From the NCBI GenBank assembly GCA_963815195.1, contig CAWFGE010000020.1, positions 32,001-96,000 on the forward strand: a DNA stretch of 64,000 nt, written 5' to 3'. Both the position numbers and the translations under genes were made by a program. Positions 44,452 to 56,384 of the stretch are shown here, in pieces; within the stretch, counting starts at the first letter, position 1, and each line of letters starts with the position of its first letter. Below the pieces are notes generated by a model, which was not told the origin of the DNA, made no database searches, and worked only from the letters and a program-made list of their open reading frames with translations. Source of the DNA: an uncultured Planctomycetaceae bacterium. GTDB taxonomy: Bacteria > Planctomycetota > Planctomycetia > Planctomycetales > Planctomycetaceae.

Positions 44452-47400
44452 TTACCGGTTAAGTCCTGAGCCAAAAGGAGATCCCGCACGGTTCGGCGCG
44501 AGCAAGGCCCCGAGCCGCGGTTCGACCGCGATGGAGAAGCCGGCGTTGCCTTTGCTCTGGTCGTAAGTCGCCCCCAAGTGGAACAGGAAATCCGCTCCGA
44601 TGCGGGTGACGGTCATGGTCTGTCCGATGTTGCGGGCTTCGGCCACGTCGAAGGAGGTCCCGAACGTGGAAGCCCACTTGGGGCTCATTTGATAGGTCAT
44701 GGCGACCACGCCGATCTGGCTGTTGAGCACGCCGCCGCCTTTGACTTGCGTGAGTCCCAGATACAGGCTGCCGCGCTGGGTCCGCTGGCTTTGGACGCCG
44801 ATGTCCCAGAGCTGCTGCGCGCCCTGGAACAGATCGTAATAGGCGTTGGCGAGCACGGTGGTGCGGTCGCCGATAAACCATTGATAGCGTCCGCTCAAGA
44901 GACCCAAGTCCTGGCCGAAGTTGTCGCGGTTCGCCTGCGGGAAATAGGAGCCTTCGAGGTCCAAGGTCATCCAGTCCTTGATCCGCAGGCGATGCGGCGG
45001 ACCGACTTTGGTTTGCAGGCGATGCCTCCAGGCCAACCGCAAGACCTGCTGGTCGTCGAGCAATTCGTTGTAGGGGTCGGTCACGCTGCGGCCGGCCCCG
45101 GTGCGGACGGCGTAGAAGCGGGGATCGAAAATCGCGGGCACGCTGCCGGGCGGGAGGATGCCGTAGGTGTTAAACGGAAACCGCTGCCGAAACCGCTCCT
45201 GGGCGTTGTCGTCGATTTCGTTGTACTGCGGGATGTTGCCCAGCGAGGTCGAGGAGTTCGTGTAGGCGTATTCGGATTCGAGCACCATCTTGTGAGCCAG
45301 GCCGTTGACGTTGAGCAGCCGGCTTTGCACATAGGGGAACACCCGCCAGGCAAAGATGCTGCCCCTAAGTCCCAGGCTGCCCACGAGCCGGCCCAAGGGA
45401 TCGCCGTTGATGTCCTGGCTCCAAAACGCCGCTTCCCCCAAGGCATAGGGAACCATCTGCACGGGGCCCAGATTGAAGGGGGCATCGAGTTCGTGCCGGG
45501 AATACGTGACGAGCCCTTCGCTGTTCACAAGATAGGGAATCGGCGTGAAGATATCCTGCTGCGGATTGTATGGAGCCTGGGCCCTTCGCAACCGGCCGTA
45601 CCCCAACTCGGAATGGCTGCTCCAGTTCACCGCGCCGTTCAAAACCGGCTCGGAGAGCACGTAATAATCGCCGCGGGGCAGCCATTCGGTCGTGTTTTCA
45701 AAATCGTTGGCCTGCGGGCGGAAAATCCCGGTGAGCGCGGTATTTTGCGTCTGGAGTTGCCGGAAGTAGAGCAGCGTCTCCTGGTCTTTGCCGTTGTCGA
45801 ATTCGCTCTCGTGGTATTGCTCCAGGAAGTTGCGGTCCGAGAGCAAGCCCACTTCGGCGATGAGGTCGATGTTGTAATCGAGCTTCAAAAACTCCCGCAG
45901 GCTCACGCGGTAGCGGTTGTTGGTCTCTGGGGTCAAGCTTCGGCGGTCGAGGCCCAGGTTGTCCTTGCCGGTGTCGTGAATGTAATAGGCCAATCCCTGG
46001 CCGAAGTAGGGGCCTCCGATGCCGAAGAAGTTCGTGCCCGAAAAATTGGCCTGTGTGCCGAGGCCCGGCCCGCGGTAGGAGCGGTAATCGGTCAACAAAT
46101 CCCAGTTGCCGTTGGGCGGGTTTTCCAGGCCGAGGATTTTGTACAAATCCCAGGCGAAGCGGACCTGGGTCCCGAAGATCCGGTCTTGGCCGAACGTGGA
46201 CCGCCTGAGCGGAATGCTGGGATCCTGGGCGGGGACACTCACGCGGGGCAGGTAAAACAACGGCACATCGCCCACGAAAAAGGTGTTGTTCCGGCTGGTG
46301 ATCCAGGAGGATTCGCGGGGGACCACGGCTCCCGTGACGGGATCCCGCGGCACATCGCCGAACAGCCCCCAAGGTTCGGACACCCGCTTTTCCAAAAACA
46401 CGTCGGAGGCCTGAATGCGATAGCCGGGCTTGCCGAACTCGCTGGCGGTGGCCCAGGCGTTTTGAGCGAAATAGGTATCGCGGTTGAGCTGCCGCATCCG
46501 CTCCGCCCGCACGCGGACTTCGCTTTGCAGCTGCGGGACGAACTGCCGAAGCTCTGCGTCGAGCAACAGTGCCCGGTCTTCGCGGGCATCGTAAATCGCC
46601 CGGTTCGCGCGAACGAAGTTCAATCCCTGGCGAATTTCGATGTTGCCTTCCAAGTACACTTGAAACGGCGTATCGCTGGATTGCACCGTCTCGGGCTGGA
46701 ATTCCGGGTTGTTCTGGCGGGTCCAGATCACCACGCGGTCCGCCGACAAATCCACGACCCCGTATCCCTCCACGCCGTCGATCAAGATGTTGATCCCGCC
46801 CGTGAGCAGCCACACCTGTTCGGGCGGCGTGGTGTTCTGGGGCGGATAGGTCACGATGTTCAACGGCACGCCGTAGCGGGGCAGCACCCGCACTCGGCGG
46901 ATGCCTCCGCCCGGCGGTTGGATTTGCACGCTCCGAAGTTCCCCGGGCTCGCCGTTGGGGACGACGAGTTGCGTGGGATCGAGCACGGCCCGGTTGGCGG
47001 CTTCCATCCGCGCTTTGGCCCGCTTGTAGAGCCCGTCCTCCGCGAGGGGTTTGCCCTGGGCTCGATGCCGGGCGTTGAGCGCCACGCCGTTTCGCGTGAC
47101 GAGGTTCAAGAACATGGATTGCTCGGAAATCGACTTCCCCGGCCGATCCAAGAGCACGTCGCCTTCCACATAGATAATCAACCGGTCCCGGCGGATGGAT
47201 TGGCTGGGATCGGTCCGCTGCCAGATCACCATCTTCTGGCCGAACAACGTCGTCGTGCCCTGCACGACCCGGCAACGTCCCCGCAGCACGGCAATCTGAT
47301 CCTTGCCTTCCGTCCACTCCTGCGAGATGTCGGCGTCGATCGCGATGGAATCCATCTCGGTCGTCGTGTCCCGGCTTCGCGGATTGGCGTCGGATTCCGG

Positions 47401-47783
47401 GAGCGGATCCTCATAAGAATTGCCGACGGGCGGTTCGGCGCGGCGCCGGGGGGATTTGCTGCGAGCTCGATTTCCTCGACCCGCGCGGACCCAACTTCGC
47501 CCGCGGGTGCCGGCGGAACCAGGGTCTCTCCACCGGCCGCCGGGGGCCTGAGGTCTTCAAACTTTGGCGGCTGTTTTGGCGGAGGCTCGCCGAAGCGGGA
47601 GAACGGCTCGCCGGCCGGGAGGTTCGATTCCGGCGGCGGAGTGGCTTTCGTCGGGGGTTCGCCCTCGGTGGTTTGCCCGCGCACGCCGGTCCGCAACACC
47701 CCTGCGGAAACCGCCAAAACCAGGGCGGCAAACAGGGTGCCCAGCACCAAACTGCGCAAATAGGACGTTACGCCCGTCACGGG
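44452..47783 (-). CDS. LptD/OstA-like outer-membrane protein (frameshift near 47440; start approximate)
   Basis: Signal peptide and Pro-rich linker in ORF 47226-47843; beta-jellyroll-like N-part (YLEGNIEIRQG...A.RA.YD); VPLFYLP; SDRNFLEQY; beta-barrel-like C-part. Confidence 0.65.
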
Positions 47784-48306
47784 CACACCCCGAACTTCCA
47801 ATTCGATGTGGAACGGCTCAGTCGTTGATTCATCGTCCGCCACCCGGCAATCGTTCGCCGAGGCACGGAAACCTCTTCATCGCCAAGAACTCAAGAAATC
47901 AAAGCGGCTTTGGAATGGCTGAATGTGATGGGACCGGTGAGAGATACCGCGACCGCCTGATGAGAGGCCCACCATCAGCCGGTCGAAAAGGGGGCGGATT
48001 ATAGACGGCGGGATTCCAGAGTGTCAAGAATGGTTCCCCCGCCCGGGCTTCAGCAAGTTGCGGAGCATAAAAAGCCCTTAAAGCCCTTCCTTCAAATATC
48101 TTATGGCAATCGAGATTTTCGTAACTTTTCTGCACAGGAACCGGATTTCAAGGGCGGAACGGCGAGTTTGCAAAAACCACAAGTCCCGCGAATCGGAGGA
48201 TTTCAGATGACCGGAGGCGCTTGACGCTGCCGCAGTCCGTACACACCCACCGCTCGGAAAACATCCGATTGAAAAGCACGAGGAATCGGTGAGAAATAGA
48301 GACCAC

Positions 48307-49545
48307 TCAGTGGATCCTGAGGGGCAGCATCATGTCGGGGCCGTTGGCCGCTCGCGCGTTTTCCTCGTCGAAGATCGTGCGGATCTCCGCTTCGGATTTC
48401 ATCTTTTGGATGAAGTCGTGAGCGGCGGCCTGGCGGGCGTTTTGTTCCAGCCTGGCTTTGATCTCGGCCTGCAGATCGTCGAACGATTTGTATCGCGCTT
48501 CCTCGCGCTGATTGACCATCACGATTTTGAAGGATTGGCCGTCCTCGTAAACCTCGCTGGGACAGTTGGGGGGCAGTTCAAACAACGCCTGGTCGACCTG
48601 CTTGTCGGCAAGGCTGCCCTCGGTGGTCCACTCCCAGCGGCCGCCGTTGGCCGCGTTCGGACCATCCGACATTTCTTTGGCGACCTCGGTGAAGTTCTCC
48701 CCGCGGCTGGGGCGGAGCTTCTCGATGATTTCGTGCATCCGCTTTTGCGCCCTGTCCTCTCCCCCGTGCTGCGAGAACTCCACGACAATCTGCTGCCATT
48801 TCACGCGGGCCGGCACGTGGTAGTCCTCGTGATGCTCGTTGTAATACGCCAACATTTCCGGCCGGCCGATTTCGATGTCGGATTTGGTCTTCGACCCCAA
48901 AAACTGCATGGCCATTTGCTGGTTGGCAAAATTGGTTTTGAGATTCGCGAGCGAAGTGTGCTGTTTGCGGAGTTCCTGCTCGAGCTCCAACTTGGTGCTC
49001 ACGTTGGCTTCTTTCATCATCCGGGCCATTTCTTTCTCGAAGGCCTCGTCGATGAATTGTTTGAGCATCGTAATCTGCTCTTTTTTCAGCATGGCCTTGA
49101 GCCCCTCGGCCAGCAATTTTCGCTCGATGTGGCTGTCCAAATCCTTCTGGAGGAGCATCTTCCGAGCTTTGTCGTAGTCATCGGGCGGGAGTTGCTTCTT
49201 GGCTTCCGCCAACTGCGGACCGTAGCGTTCCAAGACTTCCGAAGCAAGAATCGGCGAGCCGTTGACCGTCGCCACCGTTTGGCTCCCGGAGAGCGGATTG
49301 TTTTGGGCCGAGGTCAGGCTCGCCGGTTGGACATGGGGATCGTCGATCGCGGAGGGGCTGTTCTCGGCGTCGGCGGTTTTCACGAGGGATCCGTCGTCGG
49401 CGCCTTCGGGCATCGATGCCTCGTTATTGAAGGAGATCCGCGGCGGAGGCGGCCCCATCACCGGATTGTCCACTTTGGGTTTATTCAGCGTGTCGCAGCC
49501 CGCGAGCGCCAAAATCGTCAGCAGGGAAATCGGTACGCCGCGCAT
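48307..49545 (-). CDS. SurA/PrsA-like parvulin peptidyl-prolyl isomerase, lipoprotein
   Basis: Lipobox LAGC; VATVNG.PI; F..VAK..SDGP.A..GG; ALF.L. Confidence 0.85.
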   Translation of the reverse strand: MRGVPISLLTILALAGCDTLNKPKVDNPVMGPPPPRISFNNEASMPEGADDGSLVKTADAENSPSAIDDPHVQPASLTSAQNNPLSGSQTVATVNGSPILASEVLERYGPQLAEAKKQLPPDDYDKARKMLLQKDLDSHIERKLLAEGLKAMLKKEQITMLKQFIDEAFEKEMARMMKEANVSTKLELEQELRKQHTSLANLKTNFANQQMAMQFLGSKTKSDIEIGRPEMLAYYNEHHEDYHVPARVKWQQIVVEFSQHGGEDRAQKRMHEIIEKLRPSRGENFTEVAKEMSDGPNAANGGRWEWTTEGSLADKQVDQALFELPPNCPSEVYEDGQSFKIVMVNQREEARYKSFDDLQAEIKARLEQNARQAAAHDFIQKMKSEAEIRTIFDEENARAANGPDMMLPLRIH

Positions 49546-49837
49546 GGGGCATCTTCCAATTGAATCGAGAACTTCGCATCGGGAATAGGGAGCGGGAAAG
49601 GGTTCGGACCGGCGGGGTCAATCACAACGCAGACGACGAGAGGGGAGATCGCCAATCAAATGGGCGGGGGAATATAAGCCAGAACCCCAAACAAGGTCAA
49701 ACCCGAAATCCCAGCCTTTTTGCCCATCAATTGCCCATGTGACGAAATCGTGCTCGCTCGGCACGTCCTGGGGTACCCTAAAGATGGGGAAAAGGGGCAA
49801 GGAAGGGCGTAGGATTTGGGATCACGACATCCTTTGT

Positions 49838-51409
49838 TCAGCGCCCCGGCTGATAGGACGCGGCCAGAAGATTTTCAATCGCCGAGAGTTCCACCGGCTT
49901 GACCAGGTGTTTGTCGAAGCCGGCGTTTTTGGACCTTTGGCGATCGACTTCCTGGCCGTAACCGGTCAAAGCCACGAGGAGGATTTCACGGAACTCGGGC
50001 AGGGCCCGGATGGCTTTCGCGACCTGAAAGCCGTCCATGCCGGGCAGTCCGATGTCGAGCAGGACGACTTCGGGGCGGAACTGCCGGGTTTTCTGCAAGG
50101 CGTTCGTCCCGTCGAAGGCGGTGTCGACGACATGGCCGCCCGACTTGGCGAGCAGCGCCGAGAGCATGCGGGCGGCCCCCACGTTGTCGTCCACCACAAG
50201 AATCCGCCGGCCTTGGCTGGCCGGGCCCACGGGAATCGCGGGCTCGGCTTCGGGGGCCGCTTCGAAGATCGGCAACCGCACCACAAACAGGCTGCCTTTT
50301 CCTTGTCCCTCGCTGTGGGCGGTGATCGAACCGTCGTGCAATTCCACCAACCGTTGCACCAGGGTCAGGCCGATTCCCAGTCCTCCTTGGGCGCGGTCGA
50401 GGGCACAGGACGCCTGCGTGAACAGCTCGAAAATGTTCGGGAGCAGATCCGATTCGATGCCGATGCCCGTATCTTCGACGCTGATCACCGCCTGCCCGTC
50501 CTGGGAGCCGGCCGACAGAACGATCCGGCCTCCGAGATCCGTATATTTGACGGAGTTGTTGAGCAGGTTCTCGATGACTTGCACCATGCGGACGCGGTCG
50601 GCGTTCAGCCAGATGGCTTCGCCCGGCAGAACGACCGCAAGGTCCTGCTGCCGGCGCTCGAGCATGGGGCGGATCGCCTTCACGGATTGGTCGATCAATG
50701 CCGAGAGTTCCACGGGCTCTTTGCGGAGATCGATTTTTCCCTGCATGATCCGCGACGTATCCAAGAGGTCGTCCACGAGCCGGACCAGATGCCGGAGCTG
50801 CTCTTGGATCAAGCTGATCGTTTCCCGATTGCCGCCGCCCTCCATCTGCAGGATCTCGAGCCCGCTCCAGATCGGGGCCAAGGGATTTCGCAGTTCGTGG
50901 GAAAGCGTCGCGATAAACTCGTCCTTGCGGCGATTGGCCAGGCGAAGTTGCTCGGTGCGGTCCTCGACGGCCTGTTCCAGCTCGGCGGCGTGATTCTCGA
51001 GCGCCTCCTGCTGCTGTTGAAGCTGCCGGGACATCTTTCGCATGCGGATCGCGCGGGTCAGCGCGGCGACGACGTAATCCCGGTCGATCGGCTTTTGAAT
51101 GAAGTCGAACGCGCCCCCGCGAAGCGCCTGCACCGCGAGGTCGTGCTGGCCGTGGCCGGTGATCAAGAGCGTGGGCAATTCGGGCTTCACGCTGCGGATT
51201 TCTTTCAACAAGGCCAGGCCGTCCATGCCGGGCATTTTGATGTCGGTGACCACGGCGTCATAGTCGCAGGCGGAAATCTTTTGGATCGCCGTGAGCGCCG
51301 AGTCGCAGGTCTCCACTTCAAGTTCCGGCATGCGCAGGCAGAGCGCTCCGCTGAGGGCGGTCAACAGGGCCGGGTCGTCGTCCACGATCAAGATTCGGCT
51401 CGCACTCAT
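49838..51409 (-). CDS. Hybrid histidine kinase REC-HisKA-HATPase-REC
   Basis: ILIVDDD..DIKMPGMDG; FIATLSHELRNPL; NLLNNSVKYT; GGLGIGL; C-terminal receiver DIGLPGMDG. Confidence 0.93.
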   Translation of the reverse strand: MSASRILIVDDDPALLTALSGALCLRMPELEVETCDSALTAIQKISACDYDAVVTDIKMPGMDGLALLKEIRSVKPELPTLLITGHGQHDLAVQALRGGAFDFIQKPIDRDYVVAALTRAIRMRKMSRQLQQQQEALENHAAELEQAVEDRTEQLRLANRRKDEFIATLSHELRNPLAPIWSGLEILQMEGGGNRETISLIQEQLRHLVRLVDDLLDTSRIMQGKIDLRKEPVELSALIDQSVKAIRPMLERRQQDLAVVLPGEAIWLNADRVRMVQVIENLLNNSVKYTDLGGRIVLSAGSQDGQAVISVEDTGIGIESDLLPNIFELFTQASCALDRAQGGLGIGLTLVQRLVELHDGSITAHSEGQGKGSLFVVRLPIFEAAPEAEPAIPVGPASQGRRILVVDDNVGAARMLSALLAKSGGHVVDTAFDGTNALQKTRQFRPEVVLLDIGLPGMDGFQVAKAIRALPEFREILLVALTGYGQEVDRQRSKNAGFDKHLVKPVELSAIENLLAASYQPGR

Positions 51410-52597
51410 AACGGATCCTCCCCTCGGGCATTGGTGACGGGTTGAGTTTTAGCCAAAGGCAACCGAATCAAAAACGAGGCCCCGGCACCCGGTTCGCTCG
51501 CCACGGAAATCGTGCCGCCGTGATCGGTGATGATTCCATAAGTGATCGACAGTCCCAGCCCCGTGCCGGAGCCGACCTCTTTGGTCGTAAAAAACGGATC
51601 GAAGATTCGCTCTTCCAGTCCCGCCGGAATCCCCGTGCCTGTGTCCTGAAACAGGAGCGCCACCTCGGATTTTTCCACCCGGCAGGAAATGGAAATCCGT
51701 TTGCGCGGGGACTCGGTGACGGCGTCGCGGGCATTCGTCAGCAGGTTGATGAAGACTTGCTCCAGACGGATCGCGTTCCCGATGACTTTGGGACCGTCGT
51801 CCGCCGGAAGGTTCAGGTCGAGTTGAATCTGCCGCAGACGGAGTTGTTCCTGCATCAGCGAGACGCTGCGGAGGATCGCGTCCTTGATGACGACCGGCAC
51901 GCGGCTGATGTGCGCGGCCCGGCCGAACGTCCGCAAGTGAGAGATGATCTCCGTTGCTTTTCGGACTTGGAGCATCGTGTTGTGGAGATAGCGGAGAATC
52001 GTCGCGCGTTCGTCGGCTTTCATTTCCAACAGGTCGATCGCGTTGCCCACGAACAGGCCGATGTTGTTGAGCGGGTTGTTGAGTTCGTGGGCGACGCCGG
52101 TGGTCAATTCGCCGAGCGTGGCCAATTTCGCGGCCTGGACGAGCTGGTCCTGCTTTTCGCGGAGTTCCTGCTCGCGGCGGCCCATTGCCTCGGTGGTGTC
52201 CCGCAAGTCGCCCATGATGTGGATCATCGCCTTGCGGCTGTTTTCCAACCGCAGGTTGGTCTGATGCACGTCTTGGAGAATGTGCAGCAGCGCCCGCCGC
52301 GAGTTGTCCAGCCGCTCGGTCTGCCGGCCCAGCCGCCGGCGGTCTTCTTCGTAATCGCCGAGGATGTGCAGCATCGCCTTGCGCTGATCCGCGAGCCGCT
52401 TGTTGGTATTGTTGAGCTCGCCCATGATGTGGATCATGGCGCGGCGCTGCTCGTCCCGCTTGCGCAAACGCTGCTCGAGTTCCTTCACCTGCCGCCTGAG
52501 CGCGCTGGACCTCCGCCGCCTCGGCTTTCGCTTCGGGGGGCTCGCCGACGAGGTGGCAATGATGGACAGCGCCCACCGTCACACCTTCGGCGATCAT
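51406..52597 (-). CDS. NtrB-type histidine kinase with His-repeat coiled coil (apparent frameshift near 52505)
   Basis: KLATLGELTTGVAHELNNPL; QVFINLLTNARDA; FDPFFTTK..G.GTGLGL; ATG at 52597 overlaps the upstream stop (ATGA). Confidence 0.88.
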
Positions 52598-54275
52598 TGG
52601 ACCGGCTCCGCCTGTGCCTTGTGTTTTTCAGGCGCGATTTGCGTCCTGAGCTTTTGGTTGTCTTTAATCATTTTCTCCAATTCCTTCTCGAGCGCAATCA
52701 TCTTCAATTCGCGGCCGACGACCACTTCTTCGAACTTCTCCAAGTCGAGGATTTTTTCCTGGAGTTCGGCTTTCGATTTTTCCAGGTCGCGGACCACGCG
52801 CTCGTAAGCCCGCATGTCGTGCAGAATCCCGATGGCCCCGATCACCCGCCCCTCCGGATCGCGCAGGGCCGAGGCGTTCAGGGTCGTGGGAATCACCTCG
52901 CCCGAGGCGCTTCGCGGATTGAGGCGGGCGTTTCGCGTGACGCCGCGCTCCACCACCTCGCGGAGGGCCGCGGTGAACTCGCGGGTTTCCTCGGGACTGA
53001 TGAACCGCGACAGCGACTGCTCCACGACTTCGTCCGTCCGGAAACCGAGCAAGCGCATAGACCGCGTCGTTCGCCTGGAGGATCTTGCCCTCCAGGTCGG
53101 AGACGAACACCGGGTCCGGGGCGTTCTTGATCAGGCTTTCCGCATAGGCCCGGGCTTTGTCCAACTCCCGCATGTCGCGGAGAATCCCGATCACGCCGAT
53201 CGCATGCCCCTCGGCATCGCGGAGAGCCGAGGCGTTGAGTGTCGTCGAAATCACTTCGCCCGAGGCGCTGCGGGGATTGAGGCGGGCGTTCTTGGTGACG
53301 CCCCGCTCCACCACTTCGCGGAGGGCCGCGGTGAACTCGCGGGCTTCTTCCGGACTGATGAACCGCGACAGCGACTGCTCGATGACTTCGTCCGTCCGGA
53401 AACCGAGCAACGTATAAACCGCGTCGTTGGCCTGGAGAATCTTGCCTTCCAGGTCGGAAACGAACACCGGGTCGGGGGCGTTTTTAATCAGGCTTTCCGC
53501 ATAGGCCCGGGCTTTGTCGAGTTCCCGCATGTCGCGGAGAATCCCGATCGCCCCGATCACCCGCCCGTCCACATCGCGGAGGGCCGAGGCGTTGAGGCTG
53601 GTGGGAATGATTTCGCCCGTCGCCGTGCGCGGATGCAGCACGGCGTTGCGCGTCACGCCGTGCTCGACAACCTCGCGAAGGGCGGCGGTGAACTCGCGGG
53701 TTTCCTCCGGACTGATGAACCGGGCCAGCGATTGCTCGAGCACCTCGTCCTGCCGAAAACCCAGCAGTTGGGAAACCGCATCGTTGGCCTGGAGGATTTT
53801 GCCTTCCAAGTCGGAGACGAACACCGGGTCCGGGGCATTTTTAATCAGGCTTTCCGCATACGCCCGGGCTTTGTCGAGTTCCCGCATGTCGCGGAGGATC
53901 CCGATCGCCCCGATCACCTTGCCGTCCGAGTCCCGGAGGGCCGACGCGTTTAAGCGTCGTGGGAATGATCTCCCCGGAAGCGCTTCGGGGATTGAGGCGG
54001 GTGTTGCGAATCCCGCCGCGTTCCACCACCTCGCGGAGGGCGGCGGTGAACTCGCGGGTTTCCTCCGGGCTGATGAACCGCGACAGCGACTGCTCGAGCA
54101 CTTCATCCTGCCGAAACCCCAACAGCTCGGACACCGCGTCGTTCGCCTGGAGGATTTTCCCCTCCAAGTCCGAAACGAACACCGGGTCCGGGGCGTTCGC
54201 GATGATGATGTTCGCATCCAGCGAATGTTTCGGATTCGGGTTTTGTTGAATCGCGACAGACGATTTGTGGTTCAT
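52594..54275 (-). CDS. Four-PAS/PAC protein with C-terminal coiled coil and no output domain (frameshifts near 53953 and 53055)
   Basis: Four 119-aa units NAPDPVFVSDLEGKILQANDAV..LLGF...IGILRDM at 357/357/358-bp spacing; ends ..VVGRELKMIALEKEL.. Confidence 0.85.
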
Positions 54276-54683
54276 AGATTGTTCCCATCCAAAGGAAAGT
54301 GGGAAGGTAAGTGCGGGGGGGGACTCGCAGAGATTGAGATTGGGAGGCGGTTCCTTCCAAAAAGCCGTGCCACGAGTGGGAGAGATCGTTTTCGCGGCCA
54401 TGTCGATATGATGGAATGCTTTGTTGCGGTTTCGACGTTGTCCCTTCAAGAATCAGAATTTCCCTAGTGTTACGGACAGAGATCATTTTTGCTACCGGTC
54501 GAATTCCTGGAATTCCGATCGGAAAAAATCTGACGACCCCCACCTTCCCTCCCCACGGGCAGTTCGACGTTCCCCGAAGGCTTGGGTAGGAATCCGGGAC
54601 CTCGGCGATTATAAACTGTGCTGCAGATTCGAGACGGCCTCGAATGGAACTTCTCGCCACATCGGATAAAAAGGGCAGCTCCC

Positions 54684-55690
54684 ATGACCAACCTCGACCC
54701 CGGTCAGCAACTCGACCGAATGATTACCGGATATTGGATTTCCCAGGCGATTTACGCGGCGGCGAAATTCGGCATCGCGGATGAACTGCAAAACGGCACG
54801 CGATCGGTGGATTCGCTGGCCGAGGCCACCGGCACCAACCCGAATGCGCTCCATCGGTTGCTGCGGGCCCTCGCGAGCGTGGGGGTTTTTGCGGAAACCG
54901 AACCCCGGCAGTTCGCGTTGACGCCTTTGGCCGAGCCGCTTCGAAGCGACGTGCCGGGCTCGAAGCGGTGCTCGCATTGATGTCGGGCGACGAGCAGTTT
55001 CGGGCTTGGGCGGAGATCGATTACAGCGTCAAGACCGGCAAGACAGCGTTCGACAAAGTCTACGGCGAGCCGGTCTTCGATTATCTCGCGGACCATCCCG
55101 AGAAGGCCCGGATTTTCGATGCCGCGATGACGGGCATTCACGGACGGGAAGCCCATGCCGTGCTCGATGCGTATGATTTTTCGGCGTTCGGAACAATTGC
55201 CGACATCGGCGGAGGCAATGGCTCGCAGATTTCCAGTCTTTTAGAAAAATATGCGTCGACCCAAGGCATTCTGTTCGATCTGCCCCATGTGATCGAGCGT
55301 GCCAGACCCCGCATCGACTCGGCCGGGCTTTCGGACCGCTGCCAGCTCGTCGGGGGCAGTTTTTTCGAGTCCGTTCCGGAAGGCGCGGACGCGTACATCC
55401 TCCGGCACATCGTCCATGACTGGGACGAAGACAAAGTGCTCGCGATCCTGCACAACTGCCACAAGGCCATGCCGACTCACGGGAAACTGCTCGTCGTGGA
55501 AAGCGTGATTCCCCCAGGCAACGAACCGTTCGGCGGCAAGTTGCTGGATCTGGTGATGCTCCTGATCCCGGGCGGACAGGAACGCACGGAAGCCGAATAC
55601 CAGAGCCTGCTGGGCAAAGCCGGCTTCGAACTCGCCCGAGTCGTGCCCACCCGCACGGAGATCAGCGTCCTGGAAGCCGTCAAACGCTGA
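54684..55690 (+). CDS. SAM-dependent O-methyltransferase with dimerisation domain (frameshift near 54965)
   Basis: A..FGIAD.L..LHRLLRALASVGVF; F..AM; DIGGGNG; LFDLPHV; GSFF..VP; HIVHDW; G.ERT. Confidence 0.88.
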
Positions 55691-56034
55691 TCCGCCCGAT
55701 CTGTCGGGGTGGCGATTCAACAGAATCCTTGTGCACAAAACCGGGGATGTGTTCATTATTCCCCTGTGGCGGATTCCCGAGGGAAATACCCACATTGTCA
55801 TGCGCCGATTCCCTTGTGCGAAATAACTTCAAGCCCCTATTGGCTTTAAACCCGGCTCCCACAGTAACTTGTCCGAAGATCAGCACGCGGTTATACTTAT
55901 AATAAGTGACTTCACCAGTGCACGTCGTCATGTATACATTGCCATAGCAGCAGATCGAATGGTCGCCCCGTCATTCCCTTAGAGATTTCTGCCCATCCTC
56001 GCCTCGAACCGGACCGGTTTTTTTGGGTGATGTT

Positions 56035-56262
56035 ATGCAATGTCCTAGATGCAGATCGCGGCACTTGAGGATCGAGGTTTGCTTCCGGGGATGGGTGACC
56101 GCTTTGTTCAATAGCGCGGCGGATTACGAACTCACGGAACCCGTTTCCATCAGCTCCTCCTGGGGGGACGACTCGCCGTGCGCTTGCGTGGAGTGCGGAT
56201 GGACGGGCGTTGTCGCCGACGCTTTGGTCGATGGCGAATCGAACCCGCCCGACGCCGGCTAA
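56035..56262 (+). CDS. Small Zn-ribbon-like protein
   Basis: MQCPRC...W....C.CVECGW.G, 75 aa. Confidence 0.55.
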   Translation: MQCPRCRSRHLRIEVCFRGWVTALFNSAADYELTEPVSISSSWGDDSPCACVECGWTGVVADALVDGESNPPDAG

Positions 56263-56384
56263 CGCCGCGCTCGTTTTCTCACGACGTTCGCGGCGCGGAA
56301 TGGGTTCGTTTCTCTTTTCGGAGGATCGAACTATAATCTCCCGAAAATTCCGTTTTTGCCTCGCTCTTTTCTCGGTGGGAAGTT

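Noticed and set aside
55691..56034. AT-richer intergenic stretch as an ncRNA or tRNA
   Set aside because: No cloverleaf or recognisable RNA family motif was seen; it is most likely promoter DNA
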